A DNA stretch of 64,000 bases from Nitrospirota bacterium. Its GTDB lineage: Bacteria > Nitrospirota > Thermodesulfovibrionia > Thermodesulfovibrionales > JdFR-88. The stretch covers positions 6,367 to 70,366 of the forward strand of contig JAJYJS010000007.1 of NCBI GenBank assembly GCA_021789215.1, in the 5' to 3' direction. The notes below the pieces were generated by a model, which saw nothing but the letters and a program-made list of their open reading frames with translations, searched no databases and had not been told where the DNA came from. Of the stretch, positions 8,737 to 19,177 are shown piece by piece. A program made the position numbers and the translations under genes. The first letter of the stretch is position 1; the number at the start of each line of letters is the position of its first letter.

Positions 8737-10870
8737 GCAGAAAACACTTGCGGAGGTCCCGGAAGGGCTGCCGGCGCTAAACCAGCTTGCCTTCAATCTG
8801 TGGTGGAGCTGGCACCCGGAGGCCAGAATGCTCTTCAAGACGCTGAACCGCGCGGCATGGAAGCTCTCCGGCCATAACCCGGTGAAAATGCTCAACGGCC
8901 TGGACAAAAGCGTCTTCGAAAACGCCCTCAAAGACCCTGTCTTCATGGACCGGTACGAAAAGATCATATCGAGGTTCAACTCCGAGATTAAGAACCGGGG
9001 GGCGTGGTTCCCGGACAACATAAAAGCGGAGCAGATGCACCCCGTAGCCTTTTTCTCGGCTGAGTACGGCCTGCACCATTCGCTGCCTTTTTACGCCGGC
9101 GGGCTTGGCTTTCTGGCCGGGGACTTCCTGAAGGAGAGCAACGACCTGGGGCTCCCGATGGTCGGGGTGGGGTTTATGTACCCGGAGGGATACCTGCACC
9201 AGAGGATCGCGGTCAACGGCTGGCAGCAGGACACCGACGAGCCGATAGACCGGGCAAACGCTCCGATTTCGAGGGTCGTGGACAATTCCGGGGACCGCCT
9301 GATCGTGCAGGTGCCCTTCATAGCGCCCCCGATTTACGTTGAGGTATGGAGGATAGAGATAGGCAACGTCCACCTGTACCTGATAGACACCGACATCGAC
9401 TCCAACGACCCGTGGAACCGGAGCATTTCGGCAAGGCTTTACACCGGCAACATCGAGCAGAGGCTGAGGCAGGAAATCGTCCTCGGCATCGGGGGCAAAG
9501 AAGTGCTTAAAACCCTTGGCATATCCCATTCCGTGCTGCACCTCAATGAAGGGCACCCGGCCTTTGCCATACTGGAGCGCATAAGGGAAAGGGTCGAGCC
9601 CGGGATGGGTTTTGACGAGGCCTTCAACGAGGTCCGGGAGACGACCGTATTTACGACCCATACGCCTGTCCCCGCGGGCACGGACGTCTTCCCGTTCCCG
9701 CTCATGGAGAAATATTTCAACACGTACTGGCCGTCGCTCGGCATAGACCGCGAAAGGTTCTTCAGCCTCGGCATAAACCCTGCAAGCCCCAACTCGGGCT
9801 TCAACATGACCGCCTTCGCCCTGAGGTGCTCGGCCTTCCACAACGGCGTGAGCAGGAAGCACGGAGAGGTGGCCCGCAAGATGTGGAACACGCTCTGGCC
9901 GCAGCTTCCGGAAGACAAGGTGCCTATAGACTCCGTAACCAACGGCGTACACGTTTCGACTTGGATAGAGCCCAAGATGGAACTGCTCTTCAACCGTTAC
10001 CTTGACGGCTGGCTGGCGGAACAGGACGACCCGCAGATATGGCAGAAGGTAAACGGCATCCCCGACGTAGAGCTTTGGAACACGCATTACTGGCTCAAGA
10101 TGAAGCTCATCATGCGCACGATGGAGCGGGCGCGGGACAGGTGGCTCACCGATACTCCCGAACCGCAGGTTATACTGGCCTCCGGCGTGATACTGGACCC
10201 CAATGCCCTCACCATAGGCTTTGCCCGCAGGTTTGTCACCTACAAGCGGGCAAACCTCATTTTCCAGGACCCCGACAGGCTCAAGGGCATTCTCAACAAC
10301 AAATGGAGGCCCGTGCAGATAATATTTGCCGGAAAGGCCCATCCCGATGACGCGCCCGCAAAAAAGATCCTCCAGCAGGTCTTCGACGCCGCAAAGGACC
10401 CCTCCTACGGCGGCAGGATCGCCGTAGTGGAGGACTATGACGAGATGCTCGCGCAGTATCTGACGCATGGGGTCGATGTGTGGCTTAACAACCCCCTGCC
10501 GCCGCTGGAGGCAAGCGGCACAAGCGGGATGAAGGCCTCGCTTAACGGCGTGCCCAACCTGAGCATACTTGACGGCTGGTGGATTGAGGGCTACAACGGC
10601 ACAAACGGCTGGGCGTTTGAAGGGGCGCAGGGGCCGGACAGGGACGCACGGGACGCCGGGGCCATTTACAAACTGCTCGAAGAACAGATAGTGCCGCTTT
10701 TTTACAAGGTCGGGGATGACGGAGTGCCGCACGAGTGGGTGCGCGTCATGAAAAACGCCATAATAAGCAACGCGCCCCGGTTCAGCGCTCGCAGGATGGT
10801 GAAGGAATATTGCACGAAGTTCTATTCAAGGGCGGTCGCCGGGAAGGAGGCAGCGGGCAAACCAGCCTAG
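8723..10870 (+). CDS. glgP: Alpha-glucan (glycogen/maltodextrin) phosphorylase
   Basis: YAGGLGFLAGD, HLNEGH, GFARRFVTYKR, PLP motif EASGTSGMKA; TTG start with AAGGAGG RBS. Confidence 0.95.
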   Translation: MDGFEQKTLAEVPEGLPALNQLAFNLWWSWHPEARMLFKTLNRAAWKLSGHNPVKMLNGLDKSVFENALKDPVFMDRYEKIISRFNSEIKNRGAWFPDNIKAEQMHPVAFFSAEYGLHHSLPFYAGGLGFLAGDFLKESNDLGLPMVGVGFMYPEGYLHQRIAVNGWQQDTDEPIDRANAPISRVVDNSGDRLIVQVPFIAPPIYVEVWRIEIGNVHLYLIDTDIDSNDPWNRSISARLYTGNIEQRLRQEIVLGIGGKEVLKTLGISHSVLHLNEGHPAFAILERIRERVEPGMGFDEAFNEVRETTVFTTHTPVPAGTDVFPFPLMEKYFNTYWPSLGIDRERFFSLGINPASPNSGFNMTAFALRCSAFHNGVSRKHGEVARKMWNTLWPQLPEDKVPIDSVTNGVHVSTWIEPKMELLFNRYLDGWLAEQDDPQIWQKVNGIPDVELWNTHYWLKMKLIMRTMERARDRWLTDTPEPQVILASGVILDPNALTIGFARRFVTYKRANLIFQDPDRLKGILNNKWRPVQIIFAGKAHPDDAPAKKILQQVFDAAKDPSYGGRIAVVEDYDEMLAQYLTHGVDVWLNNPLPPLEASGTSGMKASLNGVPNLSILDGWWIEGYNGTNGWAFEGAQGPDRDARDAGAIYKLLEEQIVPLFYKVGDDGVPHEWVRVMKNAIISNAPRFSARRMVKEYCTKFYSRAVAGKEAAGKPA

Positions 10871-10874
10871 TCCT

Positions 10875-11918
10875 CTATCTTTCCACCATTATCCTGACGC
10901 CGCCGTCGGAGCCGCGCCTTATTACATCGCCTATGTGGGCCGCAGGGATGCCTTCAGCAAGCATGGCGGAGACGAGGCGCTCCTTCCTGTCCTCCGGCAC
11001 AAAGACAAGCAGGCCGCCGGAGGTCTGCGTGTCATTGAGCAGGAGCCTGGCCGTATCCGGCAAATCGTCCCATTTCACATAAGGGGAATAGGTCTTGAGG
11101 TTGGAAAGCGTCCCGCCCGGCACCACGTTCATATCGGCAAGCCTCACGGCCTCCGGGAAACAAGGGACGCGGCTTGAGTAAACGCGGGCCTCGCATCCGC
11201 TTGCAAGGAGCACCTCGTGCATGTGCCCTATCAGGCCGAAACCCGTTATGTCGGTCGCGGTGCTTACTCCGGTTTCAACCATTATCTCGCTTGCCCTCTT
11301 ATTTAGCGCAAGCATGGATTCAGTGAACTCCTCTATGGCCCCGGGGCCGCACACCCCCGCCTTTATCCCGGTGGATATGATGCCTGTGCCTATCTTCTTG
11401 GTAAGGACCATGGCGTCGCCGGGCCTGGCCCCGGAATTGCCGTAAATCCTTTCAGGATGTATGAAGCCCGTGACGGAATAGCCGAATTTGGGCTCCTTGT
11501 CCCTGATGGTATGCCCGCCGATAATGGAGACCCCGGCCTCGGCCATCTTGTCTATGCCGCCCTGCATGACCTGTTTCAGGACCGGGAAGAATTCCGCGTC
11601 AGAAGGGAACATGGCAACGTTCAGCGCGGCAACCGGCCTGCCGCCCATCGCATACACGTCGGAAAGGGCGTTGGCCGCCGCTATGGCCCCGAACGTGTAA
11701 GGGTCGTCCACAATGGGCGTAAAAAAGTCCACCGTCAGCACCAGTGCCAGTTCGTCGCTGATGCGGTAAACCCCCGCATCATCGGCGTTGGCTGTGCCCA
11801 CGAGGACGTTTTTATCCTTAAGAGCCGGCAGCTGCCCCAGAACCTGGAGCAGGTCCCCAGGACTGAACTTCGACGCTCAGCCCGCGCAACTGGACATTTC
11901 AGTGAGCCGGATATCCAT
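10875..11918 (-). CDS. selD: Selenide, water dikinase with in-frame UGA (selenocysteine) at codon 14
   Basis: From ATG at 11918 (GGAGGG RBS): MDIRLTEMSSCAG-TGA-ASKFSPGDL, in frame with DDAGVY, VDFFTPIVDDP, ANALSDVYAMGG, TDITGFGL, DTQTSGGLL. Confidence 0.93.
11835..11879 (-). promoter_or_regulatory. Candidate bacterial SECIS hairpin immediately 3' of the selD UGA
   Basis: mRNA UGA-GCGUCGAAG-UUCAG-U-CCUGGG-GACCUGC-UCCAGG-UU-CUGGG can fold into a stem-loop with G at the base of the apical loop. Confidence 0.55.
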
Positions 11919-12058
11919 TTCCCTCCTTACCCCCCTCTTTCCCCCTTATTTTAAGGGGTATGAAAGGGGGTTACCCTGCCCGGATATAATTATGTTTATG
12001 GGGGCCTCCTGCAAAGCAGGATATTCATTTTATGCGAAATTATACCAGAGAAAAGGGC

Positions 12059-12628
12059 CTATTTCCCTCTTATCCACCAGTCGCTCTTGTCCGAAAACCA
12101 CCAGAGGGAGGAATCCGTTTCGAGTATGGTGGAGGCGAGTCCCCGCGCGGTATCCGTCTTAAGCCTCTTGAGGGCGAACTCAAGCCATTCGTCGGCGTAC
12201 CTGGAGCCCAGGTCCTTGTATTCTTTCAGCGCCAGTATAAGCTCCATCTGGTCCGCGTCGTGGGCGATGAGGGACTCCGGCGTCTTCTGCTCACCAAACT
12301 CCCTGATTAACCCCTCAAGCTCGGCCCCGAAGGGGACGTCCGCCGTAAGCTCCCTTATCGTCTTTTCCTCGTCCACCTTCACGTATTTTTTATTCACGTA
12401 GTTCAGGTCCCCGGTCCTCGCCTCAAGCATGTCGTGGAAGAGGCACATCCTGAGTATGCGGTCTTTGTCCGCGCCGCCGTCCATCGAGGCAAGGACGAAG
12501 CCGATGCAGGCGGTGCGGAAGACGTGCTCGGCAACGGACTCGGCCCCCGAACCCAGGAACTGAAAGCCGCTCCGGGGCGTGCGCTTCAGCATCCCGGCCT
12601 CGAACAGGAAATTGGCTATCGCCTGCAT
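12059..12628 (-). CDS. HD-domain phosphohydrolase (YfbR/HDDC2-like)
   Basis: LKRTPRSG, ESVAEH, LFHDMLEARTGD, DADQME. Confidence 0.88.
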   Translation of the reverse strand: MQAIANFLFEAGMLKRTPRSGFQFLGSGAESVAEHVFRTACIGFVLASMDGGADKDRILRMCLFHDMLEARTGDLNYVNKKYVKVDEEKTIRELTADVPFGAELEGLIREFGEQKTPESLIAHDADQMELILALKEYKDLGSRYADEWLEFALKRLKTDTARGLASTILETDSSLWWFSDKSDWWIRGK

Positions 12629-12678
12629 GCCGTTTCCCGCCTGATTTGTTTTTTCCGTTTTTTTATTTCCCCGGTTTT

Positions 12679-13020
12679 TTATTTTCCCCCCTCCTCCGGC
12701 TCTATCTCGAATGCGAGAAACCCGTGCGGCCTCTCGATGCCGTGCATCTCCTCAACAAGAGCGTCCAGCGCCTCCTGAATGCTCCCGGCCCCCGGGACGA
12801 CCTTCCTGAACCCCTCGTCCTGCAACAACGAGTTCAGGCCGTAATAGGAATTTATCCGCTTCACGCGCACATGGAGCGAATGGTATTTGATGGTGTCGCC
12901 CTTGTTCACGTCGGCATAGGGGGTTATGTTTATGCGGGCGTCGACCGTCTTCTTCCCGTCCCGTATCGCCTTCTCCCATTCGGGCCTTATATCGAAATGG
13001 AATTTCGCCTTGGTAGTCAT
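12679..13020 (-). CDS. ASCH/PUA-like domain protein
   Basis: AIRDGKKTVDAR, GDTI, and C-terminal GFLAFEI fit the ASCH pattern. Confidence 0.8.
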   Translation of the reverse strand: MTTKAKFHFDIRPEWEKAIRDGKKTVDARINITPYADVNKGDTIKYHSLHVRVKRINSYYGLNSLLQDEGFRKVVPGAGSIQEALDALVEEMHGIERPHGFLAFEIEPEEGGK

Positions 13021-13679
13021 CAGGTTTTTTTACCTTCCTTCCCGTAGCCGGGAGGAAACGGCATGTTTTTTTCCTCCTGCCACTGTTCAGGGTGTTTTTG
13101 TTTTTTTGCAGGGGTCTTCACAACCATTGAGGACGCCTTGGGGCTGAACCCGCCTGTCTTGCCCAGGAGGCCGATTTCGGCCTGATAGCTCCTGCCGGGC
13201 AGCGCGTCCAGATAAAGGCTCCCGTTTATGGTATCGAGCTTCAGCTCCTTTACGGCCTTCTTCCGGCCGTCTTCACGGAGCCTGAGGACGGGGCTGTCCG
13301 ATATCTCTTTTCCCGTTTTTTCAATCTCCCAGAAGGCAAACAGCCTTCCGGGGTTGACAGCCAGGAGCACCGCCCTGCCGGTCCCCGCTGGCGTTCTCCT
13401 TTTCCGCGGGACCCGTACAATAGAGCGGGCGGAGTCCTTTGCCCTGAGCTTAAGTTTTGCGGGCTTTTTCCTTCCGGATTCAGTCTTTACGGCTTTTTTT
13501 TTACTTCCAGGGGCCTTTTCCCTGGTATAGATATCGGTTTCCCGCTCAGTGCCCTCTCTCAGTATGCTCTCGATAAGCTCGGCTTTCGACTTGACCATCG
13601 GCAGTTCCAGCTCAAGCGCAAGCTTTTTAAGCTGGAGCACCTTCAATTTTTCAAGCTCTTCTCTTTCCCATTTCTTCAT
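13020..13679 (-). CDS. Rho-N-like N-terminus plus DUF4912-like domain protein
   Basis: LKKLALEL...KSKAELIESI; LLAVNPGRLFAFWEI; PGRSYQAEIG; SSMVVKTP. Confidence 0.7.
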   Translation of the reverse strand: MKKWEREELEKLKVLQLKKLALELELPMVKSKAELIESILREGTERETDIYTREKAPGSKKKAVKTESGRKKPAKLKLRAKDSARSIVRVPRKRRTPAGTGRAVLLAVNPGRLFAFWEIEKTGKEISDSPVLRLREDGRKKAVKELKLDTINGSLYLDALPGRSYQAEIGLLGKTGGFSPKASSMVVKTPAKKQKHPEQWQEEKNMPFPPGYGKEGKKT

Positions 13680-13721
13680 AGATTCACCTGGTCAGAAATA
13701 ATAACATTTTTCCTGTCCGTT

Positions 13722-16361
13722 CTAATGGGCCTGGGCCCAGTTGCGGCCAGTACCCACGTCCACCTGGACAGGCACCTGGAGGCCCGCCGCCTCTATCATG
13801 TCTGATTTAATTATATCAGTCATTTCGTCAAGCTCTTCACCGGGGCACTCGAAGACAAGCTCGTCATGCACCTGGATGATGAGCCTGGTGCGATATTTTT
13901 CCCTGAGCTTTCCGGAAAGGGTTATCATGGCCTTTTTGATGATGTCGGCGGCGGTGCCCTGTATGGGGGAATTCATGGCGAGGCGCTCACCCAGGGAGCG
14001 CACCCTGGCATCCCTGCTCTTAAGCTCCGGTATGGGCCGCTTCCTGCCCGACACCGTCCGCACATATCCCTTCCTTTTTGCCTCCTCTATCGCGCCCTGA
14101 AGGTATGCCTTGACGCCCGGATGCCGCTCGAAATACCTGTTTATATACTGTGCGGCCTCGGACGTGCTGACGCCTATGTTCTCGCTCAGGCCATAGGGAG
14201 TTATGCCGTAAATAATGCCGAAGTTCACCCCCTTTGCCACCCTGCGCATGCCGGGGGTTATATTTTCAGGCGCAACCCCGAATATCCCGGACGCGGTCGC
14301 CGCATGTATGTCCTTTCCCTTCTGGAAGAGCCTTTTCAATGCCTCGTCGCCGGAAAGATGCGCAAGCACCCTCAACTCTATCTGCGAATAGTCCGCAGAT
14401 ATTATCATGAAACCCTCTTCCGCTATGAAGGCCTCCCGTATCTTCCTGCCCCAGTCCCCCCTCACGGGTATGTTCTGTATGTTGGGGTCGGTGCTCGAAA
14501 GCCTTCCCGTGGCGGTGACGGCCTGGTTGAATGAGGTGTGAATCCTGCCCGTGCGCGGGTTTACAAGCCCCGGCAGGACGTCCACATAGGTGGACTTGAG
14601 CTTGAAGAGGGCCCGCCAGTCCAGGACTTCCCTCGGAAGCTCATGCACCTTCGCAAGCTCCTCAAGAATGCCGACCTCGGTGGAATAGCCGGTCTTTTTC
14701 TTCCTGCCCGGCGGGAGGCCAAGCACATTAAAGAGGATATGCCCAAGCTGCTTCGGGGAGTTTATGTTGAACTCGCCCCCGGCATGGAAATATATCCTCT
14801 TTCTAAGCGCATCAAGCTCCCTCTCAAGCTCCGTCGAGAAAGCGCCGAGCTGGTCTGTGTCTATCTTTACGCCGGCCCGCTCCATGTCCGCCAAAACGCC
14901 TATAAGGGGCATCTCTATGTTGAAATAGCAGTTGCCAAGCCCCTCCTCTTCAAGCCTCCTGAACAGGATGTCCTTCAGTTCAAGCGAAAGCTCCGCCTCG
15001 TGGCAGGCGAAACCCCTCGCGCGTTCCACGGGAATCTCCTCGAACCTCTTTGCCTTTCCCCTTATCTCCGCATAGGTCTTTTTCTTTACTGAAAGATATT
15101 CGAGAGCGACTGTTTCCAGGCTGTGCTCGCTCCGGAGGGGGTTTATAAGATGGGAGGCTATCATCGTGTCGTAGAGCGTGCCCCCGAGCCCTATCCCCTT
15201 TTCCCTGAGCAATAGCGCTTCGTGTTTTATATTGTGCCCCGTTTTTGGTATTTCTCCGTTTTCCAGAATGGGTTTCAGGATGGAGAGGGCGGCCCCGGCC
15301 TCCATCTGGACCGGCGCGCCCGGATAATCATGCCCAAGGGGGATGTACGCCCCGCGGCCTTCAGAGGCGGAAAGCGCGATGCCCGCAATGTCGCCATTTA
15401 CCGGGGGCCTGTCTCCGGGCTCTATTCTTATGGAGAACCCATTCCGCAGCCCGTCAATTATTGCGCGAAGTTTTTCTTCGGAACAGGCTGTTTCGTAATG
15501 CCCTTCCGGGGGTATCTCTCCGGGTACGTATTTCATGAGGGAGGTGAATTCGAATTCCTTGAACATGGCCAGGAGGGCGTGCCAGTCCGGCTCCTTTATG
15601 GCCAGGTCCTTTATGTCGACTCTTACCGGCGCGCTCCGGTTTATGAGCGCAAGCTCGTAGGAGAGCTTTATGTCCTTAACGCCCTCCTCTATGAGCCTCC
15701 TTGTCCTCTCCCTTGCTATCTTTTCGGGATGCGCCATAAGCTCATCGAGGCCCCCGAACTGGCCGAAAAGCTCCTTCGCGGTCTTCTCCCCTATCCCCTT
15801 CACTCCGGGGATGTTGTCCACCGCGTCGCCAACAATCGCCATATACTCCGGTATCCTCTCAGGCGGCACACCGAAGCGCTCCAGCACATAGTCCCTGCCC
15901 AGGACGGCGTTCTTCATGGGGTCGTAAACCAGGATGCCGTCTCCAACAAGCTGCAACATGTCCTTGTCCGCGGTCACGATATAGACCCTGTGCCCCGCCC
16001 TTGAGACTTTTTCCGCTATGGTGGCGATAACGTCGTCGGCCTCATAGCCCGGCTCTTCATACAGCCTTACCCTGAATGCCTCTATGATTTTCCTTATGTA
16101 GGGGAGCTGCTCTATCATCTCCTCCGGCGCGCCCGGCCTGTGCGCCTTGTACTGCCCGAAAAGCCTGTGACGGTCCGTGGCGTGCGGGGTGTCGAAGGCT
16201 ATCATCAGCCCTCCGGGGTTCAGGTCCCTTATTATCTTCAGGAGCATGTTGGTGAAGCCGAATATGGCGTTGGTGGGCCTGCCCCTGGAGTCCCTCAGCC
16301 CCCGGATGGCGTAAAAGGCCCTGTAAACGTAGGAGTTCCCGTCGATAAGATAAATGTCCAT
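13722..16361 (-). CDS. polA: DNA polymerase I
   Basis: LIDGNSYVYRAFYA 5'-exonuclease; TATGRLSS, ADYSQIELR, NFGIIYG, QVHDELV. Confidence 0.98.
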   Translation of the reverse strand: MDIYLIDGNSYVYRAFYAIRGLRDSRGRPTNAIFGFTNMLLKIIRDLNPGGLMIAFDTPHATDRHRLFGQYKAHRPGAPEEMIEQLPYIRKIIEAFRVRLYEEPGYEADDVIATIAEKVSRAGHRVYIVTADKDMLQLVGDGILVYDPMKNAVLGRDYVLERFGVPPERIPEYMAIVGDAVDNIPGVKGIGEKTAKELFGQFGGLDELMAHPEKIARERTRRLIEEGVKDIKLSYELALINRSAPVRVDIKDLAIKEPDWHALLAMFKEFEFTSLMKYVPGEIPPEGHYETACSEEKLRAIIDGLRNGFSIRIEPGDRPPVNGDIAGIALSASEGRGAYIPLGHDYPGAPVQMEAGAALSILKPILENGEIPKTGHNIKHEALLLREKGIGLGGTLYDTMIASHLINPLRSEHSLETVALEYLSVKKKTYAEIRGKAKRFEEIPVERARGFACHEAELSLELKDILFRRLEEEGLGNCYFNIEMPLIGVLADMERAGVKIDTDQLGAFSTELERELDALRKRIYFHAGGEFNINSPKQLGHILFNVLGLPPGRKKKTGYSTEVGILEELAKVHELPREVLDWRALFKLKSTYVDVLPGLVNPRTGRIHTSFNQAVTATGRLSSTDPNIQNIPVRGDWGRKIREAFIAEEGFMIISADYSQIELRVLAHLSGDEALKRLFQKGKDIHAATASGIFGVAPENITPGMRRVAKGVNFGIIYGITPYGLSENIGVSTSEAAQYINRYFERHPGVKAYLQGAIEEAKRKGYVRTVSGRKRPIPELKSRDARVRSLGERLAMNSPIQGTAADIIKKAMITLSGKLREKYRTRLIIQVHDELVFECPGEELDEMTDIIKSDMIEAAGLQVPVQVDVGTGRNWAQAH

Positions 16362-16394
16362 TCAGCTAATATCTTAACATTTGGACGGGGGTGG

Positions 16395-16721
16395 TCAGCC
16401 CAATATATGGCGGATTTCGAGGGTCGAGCGGCAGGAAGACAGCCTGACCATAACGGCATCGAGGATGTGCATGCTCTTTTCACGGCGGGCCGGGAACAAT
16501 TCGTCCAGCCTCTTTTCGTAGGAATGGCCGCCGCCCGCGCTGTCGCGGTCGAACTCCCAGACGGTGCCGGCCGGAATAAGCCCGCCCAGCACCAGCTTCA
16601 ATATCTTTATGCCGGGCACGGGATTGTTCGCCACCGAGACCAGTATCCGCTCCTTGTTCTTCAGCTTCATCTGGAAGAAGCAGTGTGTCCCGGTATTCCT
16701 GTATGCAACCACCTTGCCCAT
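16395..16721 (-). CDS. Hypothetical protein
   Basis: ORF between recO and polA; ATG at 16721 with GAGGG RBS; no family recognised. Confidence 0.6.
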   Translation of the reverse strand: MGKVVAYRNTGTHCFFQMKLKNKERILVSVANNPVPGIKILKLVLGGLIPAGTVWEFDRDSAGGGHSYEKRLDELFPARREKSMHILDAVMVRLSSCRSTLEIRHILG

Positions 16722-16823
16722 AGTGGATTCCCTCAACGCCTGATTATAACAAAACGGGGCGTTCAAGTTGCAAACAAAAAAACCCCTCTGGACACCGGAA
16801 GAAACCGCTCCAAAGAAAAATTC

Positions 16824-17663
16824 TCACTCCGCCGGGCCGTGTCCGAATTTTGCGGACTTGACGGTAACGGCTATGCCTTCGGCCAGGTGGACGTGGATGA
16901 ATTTTTTAAGCTCCGCCAGCAGCCCGGAGGAAGGCCTTATCCGCATTATCTTCTCCAGGGGCCACTCGCTAAGGTTCCTGTATATGCCGGGCAGCGCCGC
17001 GGATATCTCAAGCGACGGCCCGCTTCTGGCGCATGCGCCGCAAAGCAGGGCGCCCTCGCGCGGGTAAAAGACGCGGCTTCCCGCGCCGCACCTTGCACAC
17101 CCCCTGAGCGACGGTGCATAGCCCGTGAGCGAAAGCAGTCTTGCCTTGAATACCGCCGGGATGAACTGCCACCGCTCTCTCGTTTCCCTTTCATTTTTCA
17201 CGGCCGCCGGAGCAGTCACACCGGACGCATTCGCGCCCGCAGCCGCGCCCCCCGTGGACATAATCATGCCATGTAGCATAGTCATGCTCTGGAGGGTGGA
17301 TAACGCCCAGAGCAGAAGCTCGAAAACTCTGGGGGCTGGCTCCCGTTCCGGCAGGAGTTTCAGTATAAGCTCGGCGAATTCCGTTGCCTGCAAAAGGGCC
17401 TTGATGTCTTCCCGGAGCGGCTGGAAGGAGGTCATTATGTCCGACTGCGTGAGTTTCGGGAGGCTTGCGTCCTCCCGGCCAAGCAGGGATATGCGCGAGT
17501 GGATAAAGGGCTCCAGACTCCCGCCGAACCGGCTTTTTATCTTTCTTGGGCTTTTGGCGAATGCGGAGCGGACTCCAAAATCCCTGGTGAGGTATTCGAG
17601 GATGAGGTCGGCCTCCCCGAAGGGGCGGCTTCTCAGGACGATGCCTTCGGTGCGCCCGAGCAT
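16824..17663 (-). CDS. recO: DNA repair protein RecO
   Basis: TEGIVLR...GEADLI, KSRFGGSLEPF, zinc finger CARC...CGAC. Confidence 0.92.
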   Translation of the reverse strand: MLGRTEGIVLRSRPFGEADLILEYLTRDFGVRSAFAKSPRKIKSRFGGSLEPFIHSRISLLGREDASLPKLTQSDIMTSFQPLREDIKALLQATEFAELILKLLPEREPAPRVFELLLWALSTLQSMTMLHGMIMSTGGAAAGANASGVTAPAAVKNERETRERWQFIPAVFKARLLSLTGYAPSLRGCARCGAGSRVFYPREGALLCGACARSGPSLEISAALPGIYRNLSEWPLEKIMRIRPSSGLLAELKKFIHVHLAEGIAVTVKSAKFGHGPAE

Positions 17664-17685
17664 TAAGGGTTACTCTTTTTCCGCC

Positions 17686-18141
17686 CTACATTATGTTGCC
17701 GAAATCCTCGGGCTTCAGGTTTTTCAGCCATTCCTCAAGCTCGTCGGCGTTCTTTAGCTCAAGGATGCTGTCCTCGACGAAGATCGGCGCGCTTGTCCTC
17801 AATGCGACCGCAACGGCGTCCGAGGGCCGGGAGTCCACCGGCGTCTCTTTTCTGCCGTCGGTCAGATAGATGAGGGCGTAGTAGGTGTTTTCAAGAAGGT
17901 CGGTTATGACTATCCTTGTTATCCTGACCTTCAGGTTCTCGATGAGGTTCCTGATAAGGTCGTGCGTGAGGGGCCTGGGGGTCATCACCTTTCCCAGGGC
18001 AAGGGCGATCGAGTCGGCCTCCGGCTTGCCTATCCAGATAGGCAGGGTGGCCGCGCCGTCCATTTCCCTGAGGAGCAGTATGTACATATTGCTCCGGGGG
18101 TCGAACAGAAGCCCTTCAACCTTCATTTCGACAAGGGGCAT
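17686..18141 (-). CDS. Bifunctional nuclease family protein (DUF151)
   Basis: LPIWIG..EA, PRPLTHDL, DSRPSDAVAVA. Confidence 0.92.
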   Translation of the reverse strand: MPLVEMKVEGLLFDPRSNMYILLLREMDGAATLPIWIGKPEADSIALALGKVMTPRPLTHDLIRNLIENLKVRITRIVITDLLENTYYALIYLTDGRKETPVDSRPSDAVAVALRTSAPIFVEDSILELKNADELEEWLKNLKPEDFGNIM

Positions 18142-18160
18142 CTTTCCCTTCCTTTGTCTC

Positions 18161-19057
18161 TTACCGCAAGCCCAGCTCCGATATGGCCCGCGTATCGGAA
18201 CGCCAATCCCTTTTGAGCTTTACCCACAGCTCAAGAAAGACCCTGGCATTAATAAGCCTCTCTATGTCGGCGCGGGCGGCCGTGCCGATGGCCTTCAGGC
18301 CCTGTCCGCTTTTCCCTATTATAATACCTTTCTGGCCCTCCCGCTCCACCCAGATATTGGCGCTTATCCGGACCGCGCCCCCTTCGGGCTCCTCCCAACT
18401 GACTATCTCCACGGCCACCGCGTGGGGGACCTCCTCCGAAGTGGCCTCCATTATCTTTTCCCTTATTATCTCGGCCGCCATGGACCTCTCCAGCTGGTCC
18501 GTCACAAGGTCGTCAGGGTAATACCTGGGGCCCTCGGGCAGATAAGCGAGAAGCCTTTCCAGCAGTACGCCGATGCCGTCGCCCTGAAGGGCAGAAACCG
18601 GTATTATCTCGTCGAACCGGAAAATCCTGGAGTATTCGGCCATTATTGGGAGCATCTTCGGTTTCTTCACGGTATCCACCTTGTTTATCAGCAGGAAGAC
18701 GGCCTTCCGGTCCCTGGCCTTCGAAAGGAGTTTCAGCACCTCCTCTTCCCCAGGGCCCGGCAGGCGGGGTTCGACCATGAAAAGTATGGCGTCCACCTCG
18801 CGCATGGCCTCTTTGGACTCCTTTACCATCAGCTCGCCGAATTTGGTGACCGGCTTGTGGATCCCAGGGGTGTCTATGAATATGATCTGGGCCCCCTCGA
18901 TGGTCTTTATGCCGATGATGCGGTTCCGGGTGGTCTGCGGTTTTTTTGTGACAATGGAGACCTTCTGCCCAAGAATGGTGTTGAGCAGCGTCGATTTGCC
19001 GACATTTGGCCGCCCGACTATCGAGACGTAGCCGGAGCGGAAAGCCTTTTTTTCCAT
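18161..19057 (-). CDS. era: GTPase Era
   Basis: GRPNVGKST, PQTTR, DTPG, NKVD, KH motif IIIGKSG. Confidence 0.97.
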   Translation of the reverse strand: MEKKAFRSGYVSIVGRPNVGKSTLLNTILGQKVSIVTKKPQTTRNRIIGIKTIEGAQIIFIDTPGIHKPVTKFGELMVKESKEAMREVDAILFMVEPRLPGPGEEEVLKLLSKARDRKAVFLLINKVDTVKKPKMLPIMAEYSRIFRFDEIIPVSALQGDGIGVLLERLLAYLPEGPRYYPDDLVTDQLERSMAAEIIREKIMEATSEEVPHAVAVEIVSWEEPEGGAVRISANIWVEREGQKGIIIGKSGQGLKAIGTAARADIERLINARVFLELWVKLKRDWRSDTRAISELGLR

Positions 19058-19177
19058 AGTTTAAGTTTAAGTTGACGGCATATTAATTGCAAGCTGCGAA
19101 AATGCGAAAAATGCGGTTGCAGGGCATCCGGGCCTGTGCTAAGATGCAAGCAACAAAGCATTGGAGGAAACGCCCTG

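Noticed and set aside
8777-10732. 651-aa minus-strand ORF and other long antisense ORFs (e.g. 60762-62453)
   Set aside because: They fully overlap well-supported genes on the opposite strand, as is typical of GC-rich codon bias.
11877-11879. selD as a pseudogene because of an internal stop
   Set aside because: The TGA is at the catalytic Cys/Sec position, has a downstream hairpin, and selB is present.
17190-17290. Low-complexity Ala/Gly insertion in RecO (possible intein or frameshift)
   Set aside because: Short, in frame and without intein motifs; most likely a variable loop.
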